Notes: a model not told the origin generated them from the sequence alone. A DNA stretch of 32,000 nucleotides from Geobacter metallireducens GS-15 (GCF_000012925.1 NC_007517.1:2550001-2582000); one strand, 5' to 3'; counted from the stretch's first letter, positions 18,177 to 29,748 are shown. Program-made: numbers and translations.

Positions 18177-20255
18177 TTACGTTACTGAAAGATGCCTATC
18201 GGCCAGTTCCACTAGGTCAATGACCTCCATCGTTCCTTCCAGTCCGCTGACCTTGATGGCATCCTCGATATTGACCATACAGAACGGGCATGCCGTGACG
18301 ATCACATTGGCCCCCGCCTCCTGTGCCATCTTGACCCGCAGCACACCCATGCGCTGCTCTTCCTCCGGCTCGAAAAACAGCATCAGCCCACCGCCACCAC
18401 AGCAGAATGAACGGTCGCGGCACCTGTCCATTTCAACCTTCCGCAAGCCGGGAATAGCGTCAAGCACCCCACGGGGATCGTCATAGAGCTCATTGTGCCT
18501 GCCAAGGTAACACGGGTCATGGAAGGTGTAGACCTTCGCGGGATCTTCGACCGCACTGAACCTGATCCTCCCCGAGCTGAGGCTCTTCATGATAGTCTGG
18601 CTAATGTGCTCCACAGGTGGGAGTCCCTGGTAGTCGTTTTTGAGCGCATTGAAAGCATGGGGGTCGGCAGTAACAATCTGGCGGACACCGGTCTCCTTTA
18701 TGACTTCCATGTTGTGGGCCTTGAGCGTCTGATAAAGGGTTTCCTCGCCAAAACGGAGCACTTCGTTACCGCTGTCGCGCTCATCCGCACCGAGAATACC
18801 GAAATCGATCCCTGCCGCGGTGAGCACTCTGGCCGTAGCTCGCCCGATCTCCTGCATCCGGTCGTCATAGGAGGTAATACTGTCTACAAAGTAGAGCGTA
18901 TCGGCCTGCTGTTGACCATCAAACACCTTCACCGGATAGTTGGCGGCAAACTCGGCCTCCTTGGTCCAGTCCGCACGTTTTTTCTCCAGCTTGCCCCACG
19001 GGTTGCCGCGTTTCTCCAATGCACCCAACGGTTTCTGGAGTGACTGCGGCACCATCCCCTCGTCGACCATGCCTCTACGGAGATCAACGATCTTATCGAT
19101 GTATTCGATCAGAACGGGGCACTCCTCCTCGCAGGCCCCACAAGTAGTACAGGACCAAATTTCATCCTCGTGGAGCACCGTTCCGATCAGACGTTCGTCC
19201 TGGTTCCCCCCATCTCCGAACAAGGGATACCGATTAAAGGCGTAATCCCGGCATTTGATCGAGATGAACCGAGGCGACAGCGGCCGGCCGACCGCATTGG
19301 CAGGGCAGTTGTCCGAACAGCGGCCGCAGTCGACGCAGGAGTAAAAGTCCAGCATATGCTTCCAGCTGAAATCCTCTAACTTCTTTACTCCCAACGATTC
19401 CAGGCCGTCGAGCTCGTCGTCAGTCACCCCCCAGCGTACCGGCTTGATCCTTCCCTTGCTGAGCTTGGTGAGAAATACATTGGGGAGTGAGGTGATAACA
19501 TGGAAATGCTTGCCGAAAGGGAGCAGACAGAGGAAGGAGAAGAACACCACTTCATGCAGGAAGTAACTCCCCAGATGGATTTTCTGAAGCAGCGTCGGAG
19601 AAAGGGAACTGAACAACTGCGCCGCGACCCACGAACCGGTCACCGGAACCAGCAGATGGTGGAGAGCTCCGGCTTGGGACTGGGCAGCAGCGCGGCTCCC
19701 TTCAAAGAGCATGTCGCAGGTCACAAGAGCAGCGATAAGAAGCAACACCAGTACCGCTTCGCCCGTATGATCCTTGTCTCCATAGCGGCTCGGGACGTCA
19801 TAGCGCTTGGGCTTGAATACTCCCCTGCGGATAGCTGCTGTGATGGCGACTATCAGCACGATGGTTGCGGCAAAGTCCTTGAAAACCGAATAGACGACAC
19901 CGGCTCTCCCCCCGAGACCCGGCAGGACAAAACCGTCCCTGATGCCAATGATCACCAGCGATATGGATCCCAGTGACAGGACAAGGAACCCCGCAAACAG
20001 CAGGATATGCAGGACACCGGCAAACAGGTACCTCGGCTGGCGCCACTGCAGCATACCGAACTTGAGAAATTTGACGATACGTTCCGGCACCTCGTTGATT
20101 CGTGGGTCAGGCTCCCCTTTCAAAAGGGGGGACAATCGTTTACCTATGATGTAGGCAAATGCTCCGATTCCGACAAGGGGGATCAGCGAAAAGAGCAGAT
20201 ACCCGGGGATGCCGAAAAATGCCGCAGCAGCTGGTGAAACAAGTGTCTGTTCCAT
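18177..20255 (-). CDS. membrane-bound Fe-S oxidoreductase paralog with a cysteine-less first CCG domain
   Basis: Track ORF 18177..20297 trimmed to ATG 20255 (MEQTLVSP). CVDCGRCSDNCP and CTTCGACEEECP are present. The second CCG domain is intact (FCCGGGG, CPFC). The first is degenerate (VDS, RDSG, ADPHAF). Confidence 0.9.
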   Translation of the reverse strand: MEQTLVSPAAAAFFGIPGYLLFSLIPLVGIGAFAYIIGKRLSPLLKGEPDPRINEVPERIVKFLKFGMLQWRQPRYLFAGVLHILLFAGFLVLSLGSISLVIIGIRDGFVLPGLGGRAGVVYSVFKDFAATIVLIVAITAAIRRGVFKPKRYDVPSRYGDKDHTGEAVLVLLLIAALVTCDMLFEGSRAAAQSQAGALHHLLVPVTGSWVAAQLFSSLSPTLLQKIHLGSYFLHEVVFFSFLCLLPFGKHFHVITSLPNVFLTKLSKGRIKPVRWGVTDDELDGLESLGVKKLEDFSWKHMLDFYSCVDCGRCSDNCPANAVGRPLSPRFISIKCRDYAFNRYPLFGDGGNQDERLIGTVLHEDEIWSCTTCGACEEECPVLIEYIDKIVDLRRGMVDEGMVPQSLQKPLGALEKRGNPWGKLEKKRADWTKEAEFAANYPVKVFDGQQQADTLYFVDSITSYDDRMQEIGRATARVLTAAGIDFGILGADERDSGNEVLRFGEETLYQTLKAHNMEVIKETGVRQIVTADPHAFNALKNDYQGLPPVEHISQTIMKSLSSGRIRFSAVEDPAKVYTFHDPCYLGRHNELYDDPRGVLDAIPGLRKVEMDRCRDRSFCCGGGGLMLFFEPEEEQRMGVLRVKMAQEAGANVIVTACPFCMVNIEDAIKVSGLEGTMEVIDLVELADRHLSVT

Positions 20256-20328
20256 GGTTCTCTCACTCTCGGCGACACTAAGAATGAACCGTCGCACATC
20301 TGTCTCTGATCAAAAAGCTTCTTTCCTT

Positions 20329-21567
20329 CTACAGACAACTCTCATCAACGCTGATAACGGCTGCGTCCCCTTGGGCCAGACCGCCGCAGATACCGACCAC
20401 ACCAACCCCGCCACCTCTCCTGCGCAGTTCGTACATGGCGGTCATCAAAATCCTGGCCCCACTTGCACCGACAGGATGGCCGATGGCTATGGCTCCGCCG
20501 TTCGGGTTGGTTTTGGCCAGCAACTCTTCCCATTTTGTCTGATCGCCATCAGCAAGGATCTTGGTTGACACCAGCGGCATGGCTGCGAACGCCTCGTTGA
20601 TCTCGATCAGATCAACGTTCTCGAGTTGCACGGACGCCCGGTCGAGCGCCTTCTGAATCGCAAATGCCGGAACCTCGGCTATCCCGCGCGGCGCACTGGC
20701 CACGCTGGCAACCGAAAGAATGACGCCCAGCGGCTTGACACCCAACGCGTCCGCAGTTGCACGTTTGGTGATGATCAAGGCCGACGCACCGGCGTCAAGC
20801 CCCGGGGCATTGCCGGCAGTCACCGTAGCACTGCCGTAGACTGGTGGGAGTTTTGCCAACCCTTCCGGGGTGGTGTTAGGTTTGGGGAATTCGTCTTCAG
20901 CAAAAATGACTGGATCGCCCTTTTTCTGGGAGAGTTCGATGGCAGCCACCTCTTCACCCGGCCTGAACTTGCCGGCGGCCTTGGCTGCCTGATATTTCAT
21001 CTGGGAGGCATAGGCCCAGGCATCCTGCATCTCCCTCGACACATCATATTCCAGCGCGACCGCCCCCGCATCACCGGCAAGAGAATTGAACCCCACGTAC
21101 ATGATCGGATTGAGGTGGTCCACCATCTCGGGTTTTCCCAGCCCCGTCCCCCAGCGATGGCCATTGAGCACCACGGGAGTGTTGCTCATGTTCTCAGCTC
21201 CGACAGCCATACAGACCTTTGCCTCATCCAGCAGCAAAGACTTTCTCCCGAGCTGGACCGCGGCGAGCGACGAACAGCAAGCCCGGTCAACCGTCAGAGA
21301 AAGGGTTTCGGGTGGCAGCCCCGCATGCAGCATGGCCTGCCGCGCCACAACGTTATACTTGAGCGCAGCTTCCGACTGGATGCACATCCCGTAATACACC
21401 TCGTCGATGTCGCTCCCCTTCAAGCCGGACCGCTGCAGAACTTCCCTGATGATCATCGCACCGAGCTCAATGCTATGAATCTGCTTCAATAACCCGCCGA
21501 ACTTGCTGAACGGCGTCCGCGCCGCGCTTATAATGACGATATCGTTCTGATTGCCCATTTGCACCAT
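20329..21567 (-). CDS. acetyl-CoA C-acyltransferase / thiolase
   Basis: 412 aa. VDRACCSSL (active-site Cys), NEAFA, IGHPVGASGARIL and CGGLAQG are thiolase signatures. ATG 21558 (AAGGA 8 nt upstream) is an equally plausible start. Confidence 0.92.
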   Translation of the reverse strand: MVQMGNQNDIVIISAARTPFSKFGGLLKQIHSIELGAMIIREVLQRSGLKGSDIDEVYYGMCIQSEAALKYNVVARQAMLHAGLPPETLSLTVDRACCSSLAAVQLGRKSLLLDEAKVCMAVGAENMSNTPVVLNGHRWGTGLGKPEMVDHLNPIMYVGFNSLAGDAGAVALEYDVSREMQDAWAYASQMKYQAAKAAGKFRPGEEVAAIELSQKKGDPVIFAEDEFPKPNTTPEGLAKLPPVYGSATVTAGNAPGLDAGASALIITKRATADALGVKPLGVILSVASVASAPRGIAEVPAFAIQKALDRASVQLENVDLIEINEAFAAMPLVSTKILADGDQTKWEELLAKTNPNGGAIAIGHPVGASGARILMTAMYELRRRGGGVGVVGICGGLAQGDAAVISVDESCL

Positions 21568-21612
21568 CCTTACATGGCTTTCGCCAGCGATATTTTCCAG
21601 CTGCGGAGTAAG

Positions 21613-22467
21613 CTATTTATCGTACTTGTACCACCCCTCTCCCGACTTCCTTCCCAGCTTTCCGGCTTTGACGCGGTGCAGCAGGATCTGTGGGGCACGG
21701 AAACGGTCACCAAAGGTCTTTGTCAGGGCCTCGCAGGCGGCAGGCTCGATATCCAGTCCTGAAAAATCGGCAAGCTCGAACTGTCCCATCGGATGGCCAA
21801 AGGCAAGTCGCAGTGTCTTGTCGATATCTTCGGGGGTTGCGATCCCCTCCTCCACCAGGCGATAACACTCAAGGCGCATCGCTACGAGAACCCGCGTGCT
21901 GATGAACCCCTGCGAATCCTTGCAGACGACCGTCTCCTTCCCCACCGCGGCGGAAAACGTCTCAATTTCGTTCAGCACCGCGTCGGATGTCTCCAGCCCC
22001 CTGATGATCTCGATCAATTTCATGGCCACTGGCGGGTTGAACCAGTGCATCCCGATCACTCTGCTCGGATTTGCCACAACCGATGCCAACTCGGTAATAC
22101 TGTACTGGGAGGTATTGGATGCCAGTATAGCCTCCGGTTTGCAGTACTGGTCGAGCTTCCTGAAGATCGAATGTTTCAGCTCCAGGTTTTCCGGGGCAGC
22201 CTCGACGACAAGATCGGCATCTTTCACTGCCTGGGCGATGTCAGTCGTGTATGAGATCCGTCCAAGAATGGACTTTTTGTCCTCTTCGGTCAGTTTCCCC
22301 CGCTGGATGCCGCGGTCAAGTGATGCCGCAATGTGTGATTTCGCTTTCTCAAGAACCTGATCAGATATATCGTTCAGCGCTACGTTGATGCCGGCCGTCG
22401 CAACCACCTGCGATATGCCATGCCCCATGATTCCCGATCCGATAACCGCCACTTTCCCAATACCCAT
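21613..22467 (-). CDS. hbd: 3-hydroxyacyl/3-hydroxybutyryl-CoA dehydrogenase (NAD-binding)
   Basis: Track ORF trimmed to ATG 22467 (GGAGG 5 nt upstream). KVAVIGSGIMGHGI Rossmann motif. ASNTSQYSITELA and MHWFNPP segments are typical of the family. Confidence 0.92.
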   Translation of the reverse strand: MGIGKVAVIGSGIMGHGISQVVATAGINVALNDISDQVLEKAKSHIAASLDRGIQRGKLTEEDKKSILGRISYTTDIAQAVKDADLVVEAAPENLELKHSIFRKLDQYCKPEAILASNTSQYSITELASVVANPSRVIGMHWFNPPVAMKLIEIIRGLETSDAVLNEIETFSAAVGKETVVCKDSQGFISTRVLVAMRLECYRLVEEGIATPEDIDKTLRLAFGHPMGQFELADFSGLDIEPAACEALTKTFGDRFRAPQILLHRVKAGKLGRKSGEGWYKYDK

Positions 22468-22521
22468 GGATTCCTCCCCGCGCAGTTTGTTGTCGCTGTT
22501 CAAAACCGCTCCTGCATTCCC

Positions 22522-24369
22522 TTAACCCGTAAATGACTTTTCGCCGATGCTGATGACCGGAGCCGCACCCGATCTGATCTGCTCGAATTTTCCAAAAGTA
22601 TTCATGAGCAGCGTTCCGATGAAAAACCGGGCTCCCAGCACCTTGCCGTCGTAAAATGCCGCATTCTTGTTCTTGTTCAGGATCTTGGCAATTTCGTCTT
22701 CGCTCTTGTTTTCAATGAAACCCTGCAATTTCGGATTCGCGACCGTCAGCTGCCACAGATGCAGCCAACCGAGGAGGACATCCCCCATCGCCTCAAGGAA
22801 CGGGCTGGTCTTTGCGTATAGATCAAGGGAATTGCCGGCAGCTGAAGATGCAGCCATTTCTTCGACTATCCGTGCAAGACCCTCCCTGGCACGCTTTACA
22901 ATTGCCGCATACACGCTGATCTCAGCGTCTGCAGCCCCCTTTTCTATGGTCTGGTCGATCATCTCCAGCAGGTTGTTAAAATTAACCCTGTTGTTGCCAA
23001 GGATTTTCCTGAACATCAGATCCATGGCCTGAATGCCGTTGGTCCCCTCGAAAATGGTGGTTACCTTACAGTCACGCGCCAACCGTTCAAAGGGATAATC
23101 GGAACAATACCCATACCCCCCGGCGCACTGCATGGCCAGAGCGGTCACGGTCCAGGCATTGTCGGTGATATAGGCCTTGACAATCGGGGTCAGCAGTTCG
23201 ACCAACCCCTGCCACCTGGCACGATCCGCACCATCTGCGACCCCCGCGTTATCCATGCAGCTGCTGGTGAAATAGGCGAGACTGCGGCACCCTTCCACAT
23301 AGGCCTTCATGGTCAGGAGCATCCGCTTCACATCGGGGTGATTGATGATCGCCACCGATTTCTGCTTATCTGCACCTGGATATACCGATAGGCCCTGCAC
23401 CCGGCTTTTCGTGTAATCCACGGCATTCATGAATGCGCTCGTGGAAAATGAGAGCCCCTCAACACCGACCAGAAGGCGCTGCTCATTCATCATGTGGAAC
23501 ATCTCCGCCATCCCCTTGCCCTGCTCCCCCAGCAAGTATCCGGTACATTTTCCGCTGTCGCCAAATGCCATGGTACAGGTAACAAGTCCGTGCAGCCCCA
23601 TTTTGTGCTCAATGCCGGTACAATAAACATCGTTGCGCTCGCCGGCGTTCCCCACCCCGTCGGGGAGGAACTTGGGAACGATGAACAGGGACAACCCCTT
23701 GGTACCGGGGGGATCGCCTGCCACCCGGGCAAGCACCATGTGGATGATGTTACCGGCCAGGTCATGCTCGCCGGCAGTGATGAATATCTTGGTACCGGTA
23801 ATCGCGTAACTGCCGTCCCCGTTGCGGGTCGCAACGGTCTGCACCGCACCGACCTCACTCCCCGCATCAGGTTCCGTGAGACACATGGTCCCCATCCACT
23901 CCCCGGCAAAGAGCTTGGTCATGTAGCTCTTTTTCTGCTCTTCGCTCCCATAGGCCTCGATCACCTTGGCAGCCGCATGCGTCAGCTCGGCTGCCCCGTA
24001 AATATAAAAACCGCAGGCGTAGAAAACTTCGGACACGGCTGTTCCCACGGCCGAAGGGAAACCATCCCCCCCCACGTCGGGGCTGTCGCACATCGTCAGC
24101 CAGCCACCTTCACAAAATTTCTGATATGGCTTGTGAAACGATTGAGGGAACGTAACAGCCTTGGTCTTCGGGTCATAGAGGCATCCCTGCTGGTCACCGT
24201 CAACGGCGGTAGGGGATAACTCGGTGTTGGCGAAGGTATGTGCCTCGTTCAGGACCATCTCGTATCCCGCATGACTGGCATATCTCGGAAAACTACATAG
24301 ACGGTCAATCTCCAGCATTTCTTTCAGCACAAATATCTGATCACGCTTATCAACCAGTAAGTTCGCCAC
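22522..24369 (-). CDS. long (about 615 aa) acyl-CoA dehydrogenase with extended C-terminal domain
   Basis: Track ORF 22522..24426 trimmed to GTG 24369 (AGGAGA 7 nt upstream). TMCLTEPDAGSEVG, GTKIFITAGEHD and YTKSRVQG..., then FEGTNGIQAMDL, match the ACAD pattern. About 150 extra C-terminal residues. Confidence 0.9.
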   Translation of the reverse strand: MANLLVDKRDQIFVLKEMLEIDRLCSFPRYASHAGYEMVLNEAHTFANTELSPTAVDGDQQGCLYDPKTKAVTFPQSFHKPYQKFCEGGWLTMCDSPDVGGDGFPSAVGTAVSEVFYACGFYIYGAAELTHAAAKVIEAYGSEEQKKSYMTKLFAGEWMGTMCLTEPDAGSEVGAVQTVATRNGDGSYAITGTKIFITAGEHDLAGNIIHMVLARVAGDPPGTKGLSLFIVPKFLPDGVGNAGERNDVYCTGIEHKMGLHGLVTCTMAFGDSGKCTGYLLGEQGKGMAEMFHMMNEQRLLVGVEGLSFSTSAFMNAVDYTKSRVQGLSVYPGADKQKSVAIINHPDVKRMLLTMKAYVEGCRSLAYFTSSCMDNAGVADGADRARWQGLVELLTPIVKAYITDNAWTVTALAMQCAGGYGYCSDYPFERLARDCKVTTIFEGTNGIQAMDLMFRKILGNNRVNFNNLLEMIDQTIEKGAADAEISVYAAIVKRAREGLARIVEEMAASSAAGNSLDLYAKTSPFLEAMGDVLLGWLHLWQLTVANPKLQGFIENKSEDEIAKILNKNKNAAFYDGKVLGARFFIGTLLMNTFGKFEQIRSGAAPVISIGEKSFTG

Positions 24370-24477
24370 CGTTTCTCTCCTGTGCGATGATTTGACGATT
24401 ATGATTCTCCATAGAGTCCCGGACACTCAGAAAGAAGATTTGTTCTCCTGAGCAAGAAACCGGCTGCACCACCCTAG

Positions 24478-24522
24478 TTCGACCGTTCGGTTAATTATTA
24501 AACAAATAAAACGTGGTGTCAA
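24478..24522 (-). promoter_or_regulatory. candidate sigma70 promoter plus operator of the 12-gene beta-oxidation/Etf/sucCD operon
   Basis: Minus strand: TTGACA (24522-24517), 17 nt, AATAAT (24499-24494), then AACCGAACGGTCGAA (24492-24478). About 110 nt upstream of the ACAD start. Confidence 0.55.
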
Positions 24523-24543
24523 GAACAAAATTCCACACAAAAC

Positions 24544-24707
24544 TGTGTAACCCGGCTCCGGAGGATGGGGATTTTGATCGGCATCCAATTTTGACCCTTT
24601 TCGGCGTCGAAGGGTGACCCACCACCGTTGATAACTGCTTGATATCAGGCCGCCAAGGAAGATTGACCCACTGCCTATATAGGGTCATTTTTCAAAGCCG
24701 ATTAACA
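24544..24707. mobile_element. IS21-derived miniature element / solo-end remnant
   Basis: Contains TGACCC(AC) motifs like the terminal repeats of the intact IS21 at 25647: TTGATCGGCATCCAATTTTGACCC (24574-24597), GGGTGACCCACC and GATTGACCCACT. Then the inverted GGGTCATTTTTCAAAGCCGATTAACA (24682-24707), whose complement TGTTAATCGGCTTTGAAAAATGACCC resembles the IS21 end TGTTAGCGGCAATGTAAAAATGACCC. Left boundary uncertain. Confidence 0.45.
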
Positions 24708-24740
24708 GACATCCATGAAGCGCACTACCACCATGAAGCA

Positions 24741-25652
24741 TTGCTCTTTGACAACGAGGAGAAGGAACAAGGAACCATCATCAGAAAACCCGGCTCCAGG
24801 AAGCTCTATATCCTCTTCTACTACTTCAACCGCCGGGTGGAGAAAACGACCGGCCTTGCCGACACGAAGAAGAACCGGGAGAAGGTCCGGCTCTGGCTGG
24901 ATCGGATCATCGAACGTAGGGACGCGGGTAAGCTCATCTTTGCCGATGCCTTCCCCGGCGCACCAGAAAACGAGAAGGCATACTTTGCCAAGCTGGAGGG
25001 GTGGCAGTATGCCCCGGAACCGCGGGACATCCTCTTTGGGGCGTATCTCCAGGAGTGGTATCAAAACGTCTGGAGCCATTACCCGGAGGGGACCAAGAAG
25101 GACGACTACCGGCTGATTATCGACTATTGGCTGGTGCCGTTCTTTGGGGAGATGACCTTCTTCCAGATCAGCGGGGTGGAGATTCAGAAGTTCATTGCCT
25201 CCCTCAAGTGGAAGAAGGGGACCAAGAAGGGACAACCCTTATCGAAGGCCAGGGCGAAGAATATCCTGATACCGCTACGCACCATCTGGAACGATGCCTG
25301 CGACCAATACCGTTGGGTACTCCACAACCCCTTCACCAACCTGAAGAAGCACCTTCCCAAGACCCAACCGAAACGACGGGAGGGATTCCGGTTCGATGAA
25401 TGGCGGGAATTCCTGAAGGATGTCTGGACCAAGGCGGGGAAAGCCAGCGGGATAACCGACAAGGTGCCCTATTCCATGCGCCACTCCTTCGCGGCCTGGG
25501 CGCTTACCTTGCGGATCGATCTAAACCGGCGGGTGCGGCTCATGGGCCACGGTTCCAAGAAAATGGTCTATGAGGTCTACGGGGATTACATCGACGGGCT
25601 GGAGGAGGACTTCTGGAAGATTCTGGAATACTTCGGCCGGGACTGGTGTTAG
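24741..25652 (+). pseudogene. decayed tyrosine recombinase (arm-binding DUF3596-like N-terminus): internal deletion, 3' end replaced by IS21
   Basis: KLYILFYYFNRRVEKTTGL arm domain and a core-binding domain are present. The catalytic domain retains only the distal part (YSMRHSFAAWAL, LMGHGSKKMVYEVYGDY), with no box-I Arg region. The last codon and the stop (TGT TAG, 25647-25652) come from the IS21 end. The plausible ATG at 24733 is out of frame, and the only in-frame candidate start is TTG 24741. Confidence 0.6.
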
Positions 25653-25715
25653 CGGCAATGTAAAAATGACCCACCTCGGAAATTGAAAATTGACCCACTC
25701 TTCCTGATAACCTAG

Positions 25716-27550
<1,835 letters not shown>

Positions 27551-27786
27551 CCCAGGAAGGTGGGTCATTTTTCAATTGCCGATCAACCGGTAAAGTGGGT
27601 CAATTTTCGATTGCCGTTGACACTTCGTGGAGACAAAGGCAAAAAGGTCGCCTCACCTCCTTGGATACCCTGGAAATATCTACCCGATGGTTCCTGGCTC
27701 TTATCTCCAGCTAGAACATGAACAACAAAGCCCCGGCCTTCAGTTAAAACTCTCTTAGTGAAAGTTTTGGTGAAAGTCGGGGCAAC

Positions 27787-27812
27787 AAAAAAGGAATCCC
27801 GAAGGATTCCTT
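27787..27812 (-). terminator. rho-independent terminator immediately 3' of the tRNA fragment
   Basis: Minus strand: AAGGAATCC-ttcg-GGATTCCTT followed by TTTTGTT. Begins 9 nt after the CCA end at 27822. Confidence 0.7.
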
Positions 27813-27821
27813 ATTGTTAGA

Positions 27822-27844
27822 TGGAGCGGGAAACGGGATTCGAA
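27822..27844 (-). other. 3'-terminal 23 nt of a tRNA (T-loop, T-stem 3' arm, acceptor 3' arm, CCA); probable att site of an integrative element
   Basis: Minus strand: TTCGAAT-CCCGT-TTCCCGC-T-CCA. The acceptor arm and discriminator match my memory of tRNA-Gly(GCC) (GCGGGAA...TTCCCGCTCCA). The upstream sequence cannot form a T-stem or an acceptor 5' arm, so it is a fragment, not a gene. Confidence 0.7.
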
Positions 27845-28047
27845 GGCCTGAAAGCAGAACCAGAAAAATCAGTCAAAACGAATATTTAACCTAAAATACG
27901 ACGACTTACCTTTCTCTTTGGTGTCGTTTTAAGTCCAACAAGATTCAACCGAATCAAGTGCATAAGCGACAATCCAGGAACAGATTAAACTCATTTTTGG
28001 CTTCAACACGTAAAGTCAAATATCAATCGACTTCGGTATATATAACC

Positions 28048-29079
28048 TTAAAAGTATTTATTATAAATAATATTACTTAATATTCCAAGAGCAATTGACA
28101 GCATAGAAGATATTATGAATACTACCCATTTTTTCTTCATCTTCTTTAGAACAATATTTTTGTTTTCTTGAGATTTTTTTGTCAGTAAAATGAAACTTGG
28201 TTCTCTATTATCGGCAGCTTCAGCTATAACGATCCCAATAATAATAGAAGCAAAAAGAGCTACAAATAACATGATTGCGAGTTTATTATAAAAAATGTGC
28301 CATTGACCAGAAGCATTTTGATTTATGAGGTACTCTAGTTTACTGAGCATATTGCCAATATCTGCGGATTTATTTCGTAGAATATCGGCTGCAATCTTCT
28401 GCTGTTTGTCCAAAAAATCAGAATTAGCCATAACTCCAGCAATGGCTGTTGTGATAAATAATGAACCACCCAACAAAAGGCCTATTAGCTCTGAATTTTT
28501 TCTTACAATTTTTTTGATATTTGGCTCTTTCTTTGTAATATTATTTATATGATTAGTTAACAATGCTTCAATATCAGCCCCCCACGTTCTGCCAGTGTGA
28601 TCTATACGGAAATCAATAGCATCCATGCTAAGGAATTTAATTCTAATCCCTCTTGATGCAATGATTTTATCGGTTTGGCCAAAAGAAACAGTGATTATTT
28701 GTTTTTCTGGCGCTGCCTTATCTCTGAATTTAACCAAATAAGTCCATGTTATAACTAAGCCTACAGATATAACAGGGCGTATTTCATTGTATGCACAAAA
28801 ATCAGATAAGGAGTTTTGTTTTACAGTTGATCCATCATCATAAATAGTTTTAACAGTAAATTGAACACATGTTGACGGATTCTGCTGACTTACCCGCTGA
28901 TCAATCAAATGATATAAATTAACTATATCTTCCTGATGAACTTCATAAGATCCTTCGAATTCTCTCGTAATAGTCTGAGGGGCACCAAGTAATCCCGAAA
29001 CAAATTCTTTAAAGGTTTCTGGAGTGCACGGGAGCACAACGTTAAAATTAGGACCACTTGAATCAAAGAGATCACTCAT
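28048..29079 (-). CDS. orphan protein: ~200-aa soluble N-terminal domain + 3 predicted TM helices (343 aa)
   Basis: Track ORF 28048..29127 trimmed to ATG 29079 (GGGGA upstream). Hydrophobic segments: LIGLLLGGSLFITTAIAGVMA, LAIMLFVALFASIIIGIVIAEAA, VVFIISSMLSIALGILSNIIY. No motif I recognise. A sampled 60-nt stretch is 30% GC. Confidence 0.8.
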   Translation of the reverse strand: MSDLFDSSGPNFNVVLPCTPETFKEFVSGLLGAPQTITREFEGSYEVHQEDIVNLYHLIDQRVSQQNPSTCVQFTVKTIYDDGSTVKQNSLSDFCAYNEIRPVISVGLVITWTYLVKFRDKAAPEKQIITVSFGQTDKIIASRGIRIKFLSMDAIDFRIDHTGRTWGADIEALLTNHINNITKKEPNIKKIVRKNSELIGLLLGGSLFITTAIAGVMANSDFLDKQQKIAADILRNKSADIGNMLSKLEYLINQNASGQWHIFYNKLAIMLFVALFASIIIGIVIAEAADNREPSFILLTKKSQENKNIVLKKMKKKWVVFIISSMLSIALGILSNIIYNKYF

Positions 29080-29290
29080 AATTTCCCCAATTTCTAGAAT
29101 ATTTTGGCCTTGCCGAAATTTTCTCAATTATCAATGTTTTTTTATGTTGTGAACCATCTCATCTTAGAGTTTTTTAGCATTTATATCTGAAGACAACAAA
29201 GTACGTCAATATCATTACAGGGCATGTATATCGTTTCCCTGGTTACCTCTTCTCCAAAATCACCAAATTACGCGTCTAAATATTTCAAAC

Positions 29291-29343
29291 TTGACAAAAT
29301 GTTGCATAACATTTATAAAAGTCTCAGAACATTTCGTAAATGT
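29291..29343 (+). promoter_or_regulatory. sigma70-like promoter with two palindromic operator candidates for the RHH gene
   Basis: TTGACA (29291-29296), 17 nt, TATAAA (29314-29319). The spacer is the palindrome AAATGTT-gcat-AACATTT (29297-29314). A second inverted pair, AACATTT-cgt-AAATGT (29328-29343), lies just before the SD. Confidence 0.6.
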
Positions 29344-29355
29344 CATGGAGGCATT

Positions 29356-29748
29356 ATGAACCCAAAAGATTTGGTCAAAGTTTGGGATGCACCCGACAAC
29401 TCAAAGCTTACCCCAAAGCAGATTTCCATCCGACTGCCACTTCTTGTTTCCGCGAAGATCAACGCCCTTTGCGAAATTTACCCACGAAAGACGAAAACAG
29501 AGATTATTGGGGATCTACTCTCCACGGCACTAGAGCAACTTGAGGAAGGGATGGAAAGCAAACGGGGTGAATTCATCGAGTATGAGCCAACTCGTTTCGG
29601 AAGAGTGCCAATATACGAGGATGATGGTTTGAGGGGGGTATTTAGAAATCGCACTATCAGAAACCTCCGGGAATTGGAATCGGAAGCGGGGATCACCGAA
29701 CCCATGCCGTTCCATGAATCGGTCGTCTATGGTGAGGAAGAACATTAA
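29356..29748 (+). CDS. ribbon-helix-helix DNA-binding protein with C-terminal extension (130 aa)
   Basis: Track ORF 29224..29748 trimmed to ATG 29356 (GGAGG 5 nt upstream). KQISIRLPLLVSAKINALCEIYPRKTKTEIIGDLLSTALEQL gives a strand-helix-helix pattern. Confidence 0.75.
   Translation: MNPKDLVKVWDAPDNSKLTPKQISIRLPLLVSAKINALCEIYPRKTKTEIIGDLLSTALEQLEEGMESKRGEFIEYEPTRFGRVPIYEDDGLRGVFRNRTIRNLRELESEAGITEPMPFHESVVYGEEEH

Noticed and set aside
24715-25116. 133-aa ORF starting at ATG 24715/24733
   Set aside because: It is the wrong frame of the integrase region, with an Arg/Ser/Thr-rich product. It is relevant only because its ATG looks like the original integrase start, now out of frame with the body.
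27822-27897. Possible complete tRNA gene on the minus strand
   Set aside because: Only the last 23 nt fit a tRNA. The 76-nt span has no acceptor 5' arm (expected GCGGGAA), no T-stem 5' arm, and no D or anticodon arms.
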